From NCBI GenBank assembly GCA_964016885.1, contig OZ024742.1, positions 162,936,001-163,000,000 of the forward strand: a stretch of DNA of 64,000 nt. The letters are read 5' to 3'. Every line of letters begins with the position of its first letter. Positions within the stretch are counted from its first letter, which is position 1. This DNA comes from Eledone cirrhosa. Taxonomy: Eukaryota. A program made the position numbers and the translations under genes. This document shows, piece after piece, positions 24,501 through 38,480 of the stretch. The notes under the pieces were generated by a model. That model did not search any database. It saw nothing but the letters and a program-made list of their open reading frames with translations, and was not told where the DNA came from.

Positions 24501-24869
24501 AAATTATCTCCCCTTGATTTTTTTTACAAATTATCTCCCCCTGATTTTTTTTTACAAATTATCTCCCCCTGATTTTTTTTTACAAATTATCTCCCCCTGA
24601 TTTTTTTTTACAAATTATCTCACCCTGATTTTTTTTACAAATTATCTCCCCCTGATTTTTTTACAAATTATCTCCCCTTGGCTGGCTGGAAATTATCTCC
24701 CCTTGGAGGCTGGAATTTATCTCCCCTTGGACGGCTAGAAATTACCTCTCCTTGGACGGCTGGAAAATATGTCTCCTTGGACGGCTGGATATTATCTACC
24801 CTTGGACGGCTGGAAATTATCTCCCCTTGGACGGCTGGAAATTATCTCCCCTTGGACGGCTAGATATTA

Positions 24870-27800
24870 CCTCCCCTTGGACGGCTGGAAATTATCTCCC
24901 CCTGATTTTTTTACAAATTATCTCCCCCTGATTTTTTTTACAAATTATCTCCGCCTAATTTTTTTAAATATTATCTTCCCTTGGCTGGCGGGAAATTATC
25001 TCCCCTTGGACGTCTGAAAATTATCTCCCCTTGGACGGCTGGAAATTATCTCCCCTTGATTTTTTTTTACAAATTATCTCCCCCTGATTTTTTTTTACAA
25101 ATTATCTCCCCCTGATTTTTTTTACAAATTATCTCCACCTGATTTTTTAAAAAATTATCTCCCCTTGGACGGCTGGAAATTATCTCCCCTTGATTTTTTT
25201 ACAAATTATCTCCCCCTGATTTTTTTTACAAATTATCTCCCCCTGATTTTTTTTTACGAATTATCTCCCCCTGATTTTTTTTTATAAATTATCTCCGCCT
25301 GATTTTTTTTTAAAAATTATCTCCCCTTGAACGGCTGGAAATTATCTCCCCTTGGACGGCTGGAAATTATCTCCCCTTGGACGGCTAGAAATTACCTCTC
25401 CTTGGACGGCTGAAAATTATCTCCCCTTGGACGGCTGCAAATTATCTCCCCTTGATTTTTTAACAAATTATCTCCCCCTGATTTTTTTTTACAAATTATC
25501 TCCCCCTGATTTTTTTTTACAAATTATCTACGCCTAATTTTTTTTACAAATTATCTCCCCCTGATTTTTTTTTACAAATTATCTCCCCCTGATTTTTTTT
25601 ACAAATTATCTCCCCCTGATTTTTTTTTACAAATTATTTCCCCCTGATTTTTTTATAAATTATCTCCCCCCTGATTTTTTTTACAATCTCCGCCTGATTT
25701 TTTAAAAAATTATCTTCCCTTGGCTGGCGGGAAATTATCTCCCCTTGGACGGCTGGAAATTATATCCCCTTGGACGGCTGGAAATTACCTCCCCTTGGAC
25801 AGCTGGAAATTATCTGCCCTTGATTTTGTTTTTACAAATTATCTCCCCCTGATTTTTTTTACAAATTATCTCCACCTGATTTTTTAAAAAATTATCTCCC
25901 CTTGGACGGCTGGAAATTATCTCCCCTTGATTTTTTTACAAATTATCTCCCCCTGATTTTTTTTACAAATTATCTCCCCCTGATTTTTTTTTTACAAATT
26001 ATCTCCCCCTGATTTTTTTACAAATTATCTCCCCCTGATTTTTTTTATAAATTATCTCCGCCTGATTTTTTTAAATATTATCTTCCCTTGGCTGGCGGGA
26101 AATTATCTCCCCTTGGACGGCTGAAAATTATCTCCCCTTGGACGGCTGGAAATTATCTCCCCTTGATTTTTTTTACAAATTATCTCCCCCTGATTTTTTT
26201 TTACAAATTATCTCCCCCTGATTTTTTTTTACAAATTATCTCCCCCTGATTTTTTTTTACAAATTATCTGCCCCTGATTTTTTTTACAAATTATCTCCCC
26301 CTGATTTTTTTACAAATTATCTCCCCTTGGCTGGCTGGAAATTATCTCCCCTTGGAGGCTGGAATTTATCTCCCCTTGGACGGCTAGAAATTACCTCGCC
26401 TTGGACGGCTGGAAAATATTTCTCCTTGGACGGCTGGATATTATCTACCCTTGGACGGGTGGAAATTATCTCCCCTTGGACGGCTGGAAATTATCTCCCC
26501 TTGGACGGCTAGATATTACCTCCCCTTGGACGGCTGGAAATTATCTCCCCTTGATTTTTTTTACAAATTATCTCCCCCTGATTTTTTTTTTACAAATTAT
26601 CTCCCCCTGATTTTTTTACAAATTATCTCCCCCTGATTTTTTTTACAAATTATCTCCGCCTGATTTTTTTAAATATTATCTTCTCTTGGCTGGCGGGAAA
26701 TTATCTCCCCTTGGACGGCTGAAAATTATCTCCCCTTGGACGGCTGGAAATTATCTCCCCTTGATTTTTTTTACAAATTATCTCCCCCTGATTTTTTTTT
26801 ACAAATTATCTCCCCCTGATTTTTTTTTACAAATTATCTCCCCCTGATTTTTTTTTACAAATTATCTCCCCCTGATTTTTTTTTACAAATTATCTCCCCT
26901 TGATTTTTTTACAAATTATCTCCCCTTAGCTGGCTGGAAATTATCTCCCCTTGGAGGCTGGAATTTAGCTCCCCTTGGACGGCTAGAAATTACCTCTCCT
27001 TGGACGGCTGGAAAATATGTCCTTGGACGGCTGGATATTATCTACCCTTGGACGGCTGGAAATTATCTCCCTTTGGACGGCTGGAAATTATCTCCCCTTG
27101 GACGGCTAGATATTACCTCCCCTTGGACGGCTGGAAATTATCTCCCCTTGATTTTTTTACAAATTATCTCCCCCTGATTTTTTTACAAATTATCTCCCCC
27201 TGATTTTTTTTACAAATTATCTCCGCCTAATTTTTTTAAATATTATCTTCCCTTGGCTGGCGGGAAATTATCTCCCCTTGGACGGCTGAAAATTATCTCC
27301 CCTTGGACGGCTGGAAATTATCTCCCCTTGATTTTTTTTTACAAATTATCTCCCCCTGATTTTTTTTTACAAATTATCTCCCCCTGATTTTTTTTACAAA
27401 TTATCTCCACCTGATTTTTTAAAAAATTATCTCCCCTTGGACGGCTGGAAATTATCTCCCCTTGATTTTTTTACAAATTATCTCCCCCTGATTTTTTTTA
27501 CAAATTATCTCCCCCTGATTTTTTTTTACGAATTATCTCCCCCTGATTTTTTTTTATAAATTATCTCCGCCTGATTTTTTTTTAAAAATTATCTCCCCTT
27601 GAACGGCTGGAAATTATCTCCCCTTGGACGGCTGGAAATTATCTCCCCTTGGACGGCTAGAAATTACCTCTCCTTGGACGGCTGAAAATTATCTCCCCTT
27701 GGACGGCTGCAAATTATCTCCCCTTGATTTTTTAACAAATTATCTCCCCCTGATTTTTTTTTACAAATTATCTCCCCCTGATTTTTTTTTACAAATTATC

Positions 27801-29200
27801 TACGCCTAATTTTTTTTACAAATTATCTCCCCCTGATTTTTTTTTACAAATTATCTCCCCCTGATTTTTTTTACAAATTATCTCCCCCTGATTTTTTTTT
27901 ACAAATTATTTCCCCCTTATTTTTTTACAAATTATCTCCCCCCTGATTTTTTTTACAATCTCCGCCTGATTTTTTTAAAAATTATCTTCCCTTGGCTGGC
28001 GGGAAATTATCTCCCCTTGGACGGCTGGAAATTATATCCCCTTGGACGGCTGGAAATTACCTCCCCTTGGACAGCTGGAAATTATCTGCCCTTGATTTTG
28101 TTTTTACAAATTATCTCCCCCTGATTTTTTTTTATATTATCTTCCCTTGGCTGGCGGGAAATTATCTCCCCTTGGACGGCTGAAAATTATCTCCCCTTGG
28201 ACGGCTGGAAATTATCTCCCCTTGATTTTTTTTACAAATTATCTCCCCCTGATTTTTTTTTACAAATTATCTCCCCCTGATTTTTTTTTACAAATTATCT
28301 CCCCCTGATTTTTTTTTACAAATTATCTGCCCCTGATTTTTTTTACAAATTATCTCCCCCTGATTTTTTTACAAATTATCTCCCCTTGGCTGGCTGGAAA
28401 TTATCTCCCCTTGGAGGCTGGAATTTATCTCCCCTTGGAGGGCTAGAAATTACCTCGCCTTGGACGGCTGGAAAATATTTCTCCTTGGACGGCTGGATAT
28501 TATCTACCCTTGGACGGGTGGAAATTATCTCCCCTTGGACGGCTGGAAATTATCTCCCCTTGGACGGCTAGATATTACCTCCCCTTGGACGGCTGGAAAT
28601 TATCTCCCCTTGATTTTTTTTACAAATTATCTCCCCCTGATTTTTTTTTTACAAATTATCTCCCCCTGATTTTTTTACAAATTATCTCCCCCTGATTTTT
28701 TTTACAAATTATCTCCGCCTGATTTTTTTAAATATTATCTTCTCTTGGCTGGCGGGAAATTATCTCCCCTTGGACGGCTGAAAATTATCTCCCCTTGGAC
28801 GGCTGGAAATTATCTCCCCTTGATTTTTTTTACAAATTATCTCCCCCTGATTTTTTTTTACAAATTATCTCCCCCTGATTTTTTTTTACAAATTATCTCC
28901 CCCTGATTTTTTTTTACAAATTATCTCCCCCTGATTTTTTTTTACAAATTATCTCCCCTTGATTTTTTTACAAATTATCTCCCCTTAGCTGGCTGGAAAT
29001 TATCTCCCCTTGGAGGCTGGAATTTATCTCCCCTTGGACGGCTAGAAATTACCTCTCCTTGGACGGCTGGAAAATATGTCCTTGGACGGCTGGATATTAT
29101 CTACCCTTGGACGGCTGGAAATTATCTCCCCTTGGACGGCTGGAAATTATCTCTCCTTGGACGGCTAGATATTACCTCCCCTTGGACGGCTGGAAATTAT
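24870..29200 (+). repeat. Imperfect ~2.1-2.3-kb tandem duplication
   Basis: ORF offsets are 25352/27624 (2,272), then 26327/28386 and 27000/29059 (2,059) after a deletion at ~28130. Confidence 0.75.
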
Positions 29201-32200
29201 CTCCCCTTGATTTTTTTTACAAATTATCTCCCCCTGATTTTTTTTTACAAATTATCTCCCCCTGATTTTTTTTTACAAATTATCTACCCCTGATTTTTTT
29301 TTACAAATTATCTCCCCCTGATTTTTTTTACAAATTATCTCTCCCTGATTTTTTTTTACAAATTATCTCCCCCTGATTTTTTTTTACAAATTATCTACCC
29401 CTGATTTTTTTTTACAAATTATCTCCCCCTGATTTTTTTTACAAATTATTTCCCCCTGATTTTTTTTACAAATTATCTCCCCCTGATTTTTTTACAAATT
29501 ATCTCCCCCCGATTTTTTTTACAAATTATCTCCGCCTAATTTTTTTAAATATTATCTTCCCTTGGCTGGCGGGAAATTATCTCCCCTTGGACGGCTGAAA
29601 ATTATCTCCCCTTGGACGGCTGGAAATTATCTCCCCTTGATTTTTTTACAAATTATCTCCCCCTGATTATTTTTTACAAATTATCTCCCCCTGATTTTTT
29701 TTTACAAATTATCTCCCCCTGATTTTTTTACAAATTATCTCCCCTTGGCTGGCTGGAAATTATCTCCCCTTGGAGGCTGGAATTTATCTCCCCTTGGACG
29801 GTTAGAAATTACCTCTCCTTGGACTGCTGGAAAATATGTCTCCTTGGACGGCTGGAAATTATCTCCCCTGCGACGGCTGGAAATTATCTCCCCTTGGACG
29901 GCTGGAAATTATCTCTCCTCGGACGACTAGAAATTACCTCTCCTTGGACAGCTGAAAATTATCTCCCCTTGGACGGCTGGAAATTATCTCCCCTTGATTT
30001 TTTTTACAAATTATCTCCCTCTGATTTTTTTTTACAAATTATCTCCCCCTGATTTTATTTTACAAATTATCTCCCCCTGATTTTTTTTACAAATTATCTG
30101 CCCCTGATATTTTTTACAAATTATCTCCCCCTGATTTTTTTACAAATTATCTCCCCTTGGCTGGCTGGAAATTATCTCCCCTTGGAGGCTGGAATTTATC
30201 TCCGCTTGGACGGCTAGAAATTACCTCGCCTTGGACGGCTGGAAAATATGTCTCCTTGGACGGCTGGAAATTATCTCCCCTTGGACGGCTGGAAATTATC
30301 TCCCCTTGGACGGCTAGATATTACCTCCCCTTGGACGGCTGGAAATTATCTCCCCTTGATTTTTTTTACAAATTATCTCCGCCTGATTTTTTTTTACAAA
30401 TTATCTCCCCCTGATTTTTTTTACAAATTATCTCCCCCTGATTTTTTTACAAATTATCTCCCCCCGATTTTTTTTACAAATTATATCCGCCTAATTTTTT
30501 TAAATATTATCTTCCCTTGGCTGGCGGGAAATTATCTCCCCTTGGACGGCTGAAAATTATCTCCCCTTGGACGGCTGGAAATTATCTCCCCTTGATTTTT
30601 TTACAAATTATCTCCCCCTGATTATTTTTTACAAATTATCTCCCCCTGATTTTTTTTTACAAATTATCTCCCCCTGATTTTTTTACAAATTATCTCCCCT
30701 TGGCTGGCTGGAAATTATCTCCCCTTGGAGGCTGGAATTTATCTCCCCTTGGACGGTTAGAAATTACCTCTCCTTGGACTGCTGGAAAATATGTCTCCTT
30801 GGACGGCTGGAAATTATCTCCCCTGCGACGGCTGGAAATTATCTCCCCTTGGACGGCTGGAAATTATCTCTCCTCGGACGACTAGAAATTACCTCTCCTT
30901 GGACAGCTGAAAATTATCTCCCCTTGGACGGCTGGAAATTATCTCCCCTTGATTTTTTTTACAAATTATCTCCCTCTGATTTTTTTTTACAAATTATCTC
31001 CCCCTGATTTTATTTTACAAATTATCTCCCCCTGATTTTTTTTACAAATTATCTGCCCCTGATATTTTTTACAAATTATCTCCCCCTGATTTTTTTACAA
31101 ATTATCTCCCCTTGGCTGGCTGGAAATTATCTCCCCTTGGAGGCTGGAATTTATCTCCGCTTGGACGGCTAGAAATTACCTCGCCTTGGACGGCTGGAAA
31201 ATATGTCTCCTTGGACGGCTGGAAATTATCTCCCCTTGGACGGCTGGAAATTATCTCCCCTTGGACGGCTAGATATTACCTCCCCTTGGACGGCTGGAAA
31301 TTATCTCCCCTTGATTTTTTTTACAAATTATCTCCGCCTGATTTTTTTTTACAAATTATCTCCCCCTGATTTTTTTTACAAATTATCTCCCCCTGATTTT
31401 TTTACAAATTATCTCCCCCCGATTTTTTTTACAAATTATATCCGCCTAATTTTTTTAAATATTATCTTCCCTTGGCTGGCGGGAAATTATCTCCCCTTGG
31501 ACGGCTGAAAATTATCTCCCCTTGGACGGCTGGAAATTATCTCCCCTTGATTTTTTTACAAATTATCTCCCCCTGATTATTTTTTACAAATTATCTCCCC
31601 CTGATTTTTTTTTACAAATTATCTCCCTCTGATTTTTTTTACAAATTATCTCCCCTTGGCTGGCTGGAAATTATCTCCCCTTGGAGGCTGGAATTTATCT
31701 CCCCTTGGACGGTTAGAAATTACCTCTCCTTGGACTGCTGGAAAATATGTCTCCTTGGACGGCTGGAAATTATCTCCCCTTGGACGGCTGGAAATTATCT
31801 CCCCTTGGACGGCTGGAAATTATCTCTCCTCGGACGACTAGAAATTACCTCTCCTTGGACAGCTGAAAATTATCTCCCCTTGGACGGCTGGAAATTATCT
31901 CCCCTTGATTTTTTTTACAAATTATCTCCCCCTGATTTTTTTTACAAATTATCTCCCCCTAATTTTTTTTTACAAATTATCTCCCCCTGATATTTTTTAC
32001 AAATTATCTCCCCCTGATATTTTTTACAAATTATCTCCCCCTGATTTTTTTACAAATTATCTCCCCTTGGCTGGCTGGAAATGATCTCCCCTTGGAGGCT
32101 GGAATTTATCTCCCCTTGGACGGCTAGAAATTACCTCCCCTTGGACGGCTGGAAATTATCTCCCCTTGGACGGCTAGATATTACCTCCCCTTGGACGGCT

Positions 32201-35200
32201 GGAAATTATCTCCCCTTGATTTTTTTTACAATTTATCTCCCCCTGATTTTTTTTTACAAATTATCTCCCCCTGATTTTTTTTTACGAATTATCTCCCCCT
32301 GATTTTTTTTTACAAATTATCTCCGCCTGATTTTTTTTTAAAAATTATCTCCCTTGAACGGCTGGAAATTATCTCCCCTTGGACGGCTGGAAATTATCTC
32401 CCCTTGGACGGCTAGAAATTACCTCTCCTTGGACGGCTGAAAATTATCTCCCCTTGGACGGCTGCAAATTATCTCCCCTTGATTTTTTAACAAATTATCT
32501 CCCCCTGATTTTTTTTACAAATTATCTCCCCCTGATTTTTTTTTACAAATTATCTACGCCTAATTTTTTTTACAAATTATCTCCCCCTGATTTTTTTTTA
32601 CAAATTATCTCCCCCTGATTTTTTTTACAAATTATCTCCCCCTGATTTTTTTTTACAAATTATTTCCCCCTGATTTTTTTACAAATTATCTCCCCCCTGA
32701 TTTTTTTTACAATCTCCGCCTGATTTTTTTAAAAATTATCTTCCCTTGGCTGGCGGGAAATTATCTCCCCTTGGACGGCTGGAAATTATATCCCCTTGGA
32801 AGGATGGAAATTATCTCCCCTTGGACGGCTGGAAATTATCTCCCCTTGGACGGCTGGAAATTATCTCCCCTTGGACAGCTGGAAATTATCTGCCCTTGAT
32901 TTTGTTTTTACAAATTATCTCCCCCTGATTTTTTTTACAAATTATCTCCACCTGATTTTTAAAAAAATTATCTCCCCTTGGACGGCTGGAAATTATCTCC
33001 CCTTGATTTTTTTACAAATTATCTCCCCCTGATTTTTTTTACAAATTATCTCCCCCTGATTTTTTTTACAAATTATCTCCCCCTGATTTTTTTACAAATT
33101 ATCTCCCCCTGATTTTTTTTACAAATTATCTCCGCCTGATTTTTTTAAATATTATCTTCCCTTGGCTGGCGGGAAATTATCTCCCCTTGGACGGCTGAAA
33201 ATTATCTCCCCTTGGACGGCTGGAAATTATCTCCCCTTGATTTTTTTTACAAATTATCTCCCCCTGATTTTTTTTTACAAATTATCTCCCCCTGATTTTT
33301 TTTTACAAATTATCTCCCCCTGATTTTTTTTTACAAATTATCTCACCCTGATTTTTTTTACAAATTATCTCCCCCTGATTTTTTTACAAATTATCTCCCC
33401 TTGGCTAGCTGGAAATTATCTCCCCTTGGAGGCTGGAATTTATCTCCCCTTGGACGGCTAGAAATTACCTCTCCTTGGACGGCTGGAAAATATGTCTCCT
33501 TGGACGGCTGGATATTATCTACCCTTGGACGGCTGGAAATTATCTCCCCTTGGACGGCTGGAAATTATCTCCCCTTGGACGGCTAGATATTACCTCCCCT
33601 TGGACGGCTGGAAATTATCTCCCCTTGATTTTTTTACAAATTATCTCCCCCTGATTTTTTTACAAATTATCTCCCCCTGATTTTTTTTACAAATTATCTC
33701 CGCCTAATTTTTTTAAATATTATCTTCCCTTGGCTGGCGGGAAATTATCTCCCCTTGGACGGCTGAAAATTATCTCCCCTTGGACGGCTGGAAATTATCT
33801 CCCCTTGATTTTTTTTACAAATTATCTCCCCCTGATTTTTTTTTACAAATTATCTCCCCCTGATTTTTTTTACAAATTATCTCCCCCTGATTTTTTTTAC
33901 AAATTATCTCCCCTTGGCTGGCTGGAAATTATCTCCCCTTGGAGGCTGGAATTTATCTCCCCTTGGACGGCTAGAAATTACCTCTCCTTGGACGGCTGGA
34001 AAATATGTCCTTGGACGGCTGGATATTATCTACCCTTGGACGGCTGGAAATTATCTCCCCTTGGACGGCTGGAAATTATCTCCCCTTGGACGGCTAGATA
34101 TTACCTCCCCTTGGACGGCTGGAAATTATCTCCCCTTGATTTTTTTTACAATTTATCTCCCCCTGATTTTTTTTTACAAATTATCTCCCCCTGATTTTTT
34201 TTTACGAATTATCTCCCCCTGATTTTTTTTTACAAATTATCTCCGCCTGATTTTTTTTTAAAAATTATCTCCCCTTGAACGGCTGGAAATTATCTCCCCT
34301 TGGACGGCTGGAAATTATCTCCCCTTGGACGGCTAGAAATTACCTCTCCTTGGACGGCTGAAAATTATCTCCCCTTGGACGGCTGCAAATTATCTCCCCT
34401 TGATTTTTTTACAAATTATCTCCCCCTGATTTTTTTTTACAAATTATCTACGCCTAATTTTTTTACAAATTATCTCCCCCTGATTTTTTTTTACAAATTA
34501 TCTCCCCCTGATTTTTTTTACAAATTATCTCCCCCTGATTTTTTTTTACAAATTATTTCCCCCTGATTTTTTTACAAATTATCTCCCCCCTGATTTTTTT
34601 TACAATCTCCGCCTGATTTTTTTAATAATTATCTTCCCTTGGCTGGCGGGAAATTATCTCCCCTTGGACGGCTGGAAATTATATCCCCTTGGAAGGATGG
34701 AAATTATCTCCCCTTGGACGGCTGGAAATTATCTCCCCTTGGACGGCTGGAAATTATCTGCCCTTGATTTTGTTTTTACAAATTATCTCCCCCTGATTTT
34801 TTTTACAAATTATCTCCACCTGATTTTTAAAAAAATTATCTCCCCTTGGACGGCTGGAAATTATCTCCCCTTGATTTTTTTACAAATTATCTCCCCCTGA
34901 TTTTTTTTACAAATTATCTCCGCCTGATTTTTTTAAATATTATCTTCCCTTGGCTGGCGGGAAATTATCTCCCCTTGGACGGCTGAAAATTATCTCCCCT
35001 TGGACGGCTGGAAATTATCTCCCCTTGATTTTTTTTACAAATTATCTCCCCCTGATTTTTTTTTACAAATTATCTCCCCCTGATTTTTTTTTACAAATTA
35101 TCTCCCCCTGATTTTTTTTTACAAATTATCTCACCCTGATTTTTTTTACAAATTATCTCCCCCTGATTTTTTTACAAATTATCTCCCCTTGGCTGGCTGG

Positions 35201-38200
35201 AAATTATCTCCCCTTGGAGGCTGGAATTTATCTCCCCTTGGACGGCTAGAAATTACCTCTCCTTGGACGGCTGGAAAATATGTCTCCTTGGACGGCTGGA
35301 TATTATCTACCCTTGGACGGCTGGAAATTATCTCCCCTTGGACGGCTGGAAATTATCTCCCCTTGGACGGCTAGATATTACCTCCCCTTGGACGGCTGGA
35401 AATTATCTCCCCTTGATTTTTTTACAAATTATCTCCCCCTGATTTTTTTACAAATTATCTCCCCCTGATTTTTTTTACAAATTATCTCCGCCTAATTTTT
35501 TTAAATATTATCTTCCCTTGGCTGGCGGGAAATTATCTCCCCTTGGACGGCTGAAAATTATCTCCCCTTGGACGGCTGGAAATTATCTCCCCTTGATTTT
35601 TTTTACAAATTATCTCCCCCTGATTTTTTTTTACAAATTATCTCCCCCTGATTTTTTTTACAAATTATCTCCCCCTGATTTTTTTACAAATTATCTCCCC
35701 TTGGCTGGCTGGAAATTATCTCCCCTTGGAGGCTGGAATTTATCTCCCCTTGGACGGCTAGAAATTACCTCTCCTTGGACGGCTGGAAAATATGTCCTTG
35801 GACGGCTGGATATTATCTACCCTTGGACGGCTGGAAATTATCTCCCCTTGGACGGCTGGAAATTATCTCCCCTTGGACGGCTAGATATTACCTCCCCTTG
35901 GACGGCTGGAAATTATCTCCCCTTGATTTTTTTTACAAATTATCTCCCCCTGATTTTTTTTTACAAATTATCTCCCCCTGATTTTTTTTTACAAATTATC
36001 TCCCCCTGATTTTTTTTTACAAATTATCTACCCCTGATTTTTTTTTACAAATTAGCTCTCCCTGATTTTTTTTACAAATTATCTCCCCCTGATTTTTTTT
36101 TACAAATTATCTCCCCCTGATTTTTTTTTACAAATTATCTACCCCTGATTTTTTTTACAAATTATCTCCCCCTGATTTTTTTTACAAATTATCTCCCCCT
36201 GATTTTGTTTACAAATTATCTCCCCCTGATTTTTTTACAAATTATCTCCCCGTGATTTTTTTTACAAATTATCTCCGCCTAATTTTTTTAAATATTATCT
36301 TCCCTTGGCTGGCGGGAAATTATCTCCCCTTGGACGGCTGAAAATTATCTCTCCTTGGACGGCTGGAAATTATCTCCCCTTGATTTTTTTACAAATTATC
36401 TCCCCCTGATTATTTTTTACAAATTATCTCCCCCTGATTTTTTTTTACAAATTATCTCCCCCTGATTTTTTTTACAAATTATCTCCCCCTGATTTTTTTA
36501 CAAATTATCTCCCCTTGGCTGGCTGGAAATTATCTCCCCTTGGAGGCTGGAATTTATCTCCCCTTGGACGGTTAGAAATTACCTCTCCTTGGACGGCTGG
36601 AAAATATGTCTCCTTGGACGGCTGGAAATTATCGCCCCTTGGACGGCTGGAAATTATCTCCCCTTGGACGGCTGGAAATTATCTCTCCTCGGACGGCTAG
36701 AAATTACCTCTCCTTGGACAGCTGAAAATTATCTCCCCTTGGACGGCTGGAAATTATCTCCACTTGATTTTTTTTACAAATTATCTCCCCCTGATTTTTT
36801 TTTACAAATTATCTCCCCCTGATTTTTTTTTACAAATTATCTCCCCCTGATTTTTTTTTACAAATTATCTCCCCCTGATATTTTTTACAAATTATCTCCC
36901 CCTGATTTTTTTACAAATTATCTCCCCTTGGCTGGCTGGAAATTATCTCCCCTTGGAGGCTGGAATTTATCTCCCCTTAGACGGCTAGAAATTACCTCGC
37001 CTTGGACGGCTGGAAAATATGTCTCCTTGGACGGCTGGAAATTATCTCCCCTTGGACGGCTGGAAATTATCTCCCCTTGGACGGCTGGAAATTATCTCCC
37101 CTTGGACGGCTAGATATTACCTCCCCTTGGACGGCTGGAAATTATCTCCCCTTGGACGGCTAGATATTACCTCCCCTTGGACGGCTGGAAATTATCTCCC
37201 CTTGATTTTTTTTACAAATTATCTCCCCCTGATTTTTTTTTACAAATTATCTCCCCCTGATTTTTTTTTACGAATTATCTCCCCCCGATTTTTTTTTACA
37301 AATTATCTCCGCCTGATTTTTTAAAAAAAATTATCTCCCCTTGAACGGCTGGAAATTATCTCCCCTTGGACGGCTGGAAATTATCTCCCCTTGGACGGCT
37401 AGAAATTACCTCTCCTTGGACGGCTGAAAATTATCTCCCCTTGGACGGCTGCAAATTATCTCCCCTTGATTTTTTAACAAATTATCTCCCCCTGATTTTT
37501 TTTTACAAATTATCTCCCCCTGATTTTTTTTTTTAAATTATCTCCCCCTGATTTTTTTACAAATTATCTCCCCCTGATTTTTTTTACAATCTCCGCCTGA
37601 TTTTTTTAAAAATTATCTTCCCTTGGCTGGCGGGAAATTATCTCCCCTTGGACGGCTGGAAATTATATCCCCTTGGAAGGATGGAAATTATCTCCCCTTG
37701 GACGGCTGGAAATTATCTCCCCTTGGACGGCTGGAAATTATCTCCCCTTGGACAGCTGGAAATTATCTGCCCTTGATTTTGTTTTTACAAATTATCTCCC
37801 CCTGATTTTTTTTACAAATTATCTCCACCTGATTTTTTCAAAAATTATCTCCCCTTGGACGGCTGAAAATTATCTCCCCTTGATTTTTTTACAAATTATC
37901 TCCCCCTGATTTTTTTTACAAATTATCTCCCCCTGATTTTTTGTTACAAATTATCTCCCCCTGATTTTTTTACAAATTATCTCCCCCTGATTTTTTTTAC
38001 AAATTATCTCCGCCTGATTTTTTTAAATATTATCTTCCCTTGGCTGGCGGGAAATTATCTCCCCTTGGACGGCTGAAAATTATCTCCCCTTGGACGGCTG
38101 GAAATTATCTCCCCCTGATTTTTTTTACAAATTATCTCCCCCTGATTTTTTTTTACAAATTATCTCCCCCTGATTTTTTTTTACAAATTATCTGCCCCTG

Positions 38201-38480
38201 ATTTTTTTTACAAATTATCTCCCCCTGATTTTTTTACAAATTATCTCCCCTTAGCTGGCTGGAAATTATCTCCCCTTGGAGGCTGGAATTTATCTCCCCT
38301 TGGACGGCTAGAAATTACCTCTCCTTGGACGGCTGGAAAATATTTCTCCTTGGACGGCTGGATATTATCTACCCTTGGACGGGTGGAAATTATCTCCCCT
38401 TAGACGGCTGGAAATTATCTCCCCTTGGACGGCTAGATATTACCTCCCCTTGGACGGCTGGAAATTATCTCCCCTTGATT
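28140..38480 (+). repeat. Near-identical copy of ~9230-18450 (offset 18,910 rising to ~20,030 bp)
   Basis: ORF pairs: 9476/28386 (18,910); 10672/29745 (19,073); 11628/31656 and 12053/32081 (20,028); 13374/33401 (20,027); 16516/36515 (19,999); 17595/37623 (20,028). Confidence 0.88.
29550..31620 (+). repeat. 955-bp tandem duplication
   Basis: ORF pairs 29745/30700, 29819/30774, 30157/31112 and 30248/31203. The variant GGAATTTATCTCCGCTT is present in both copies (~30200 and ~31155). Confidence 0.9.
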
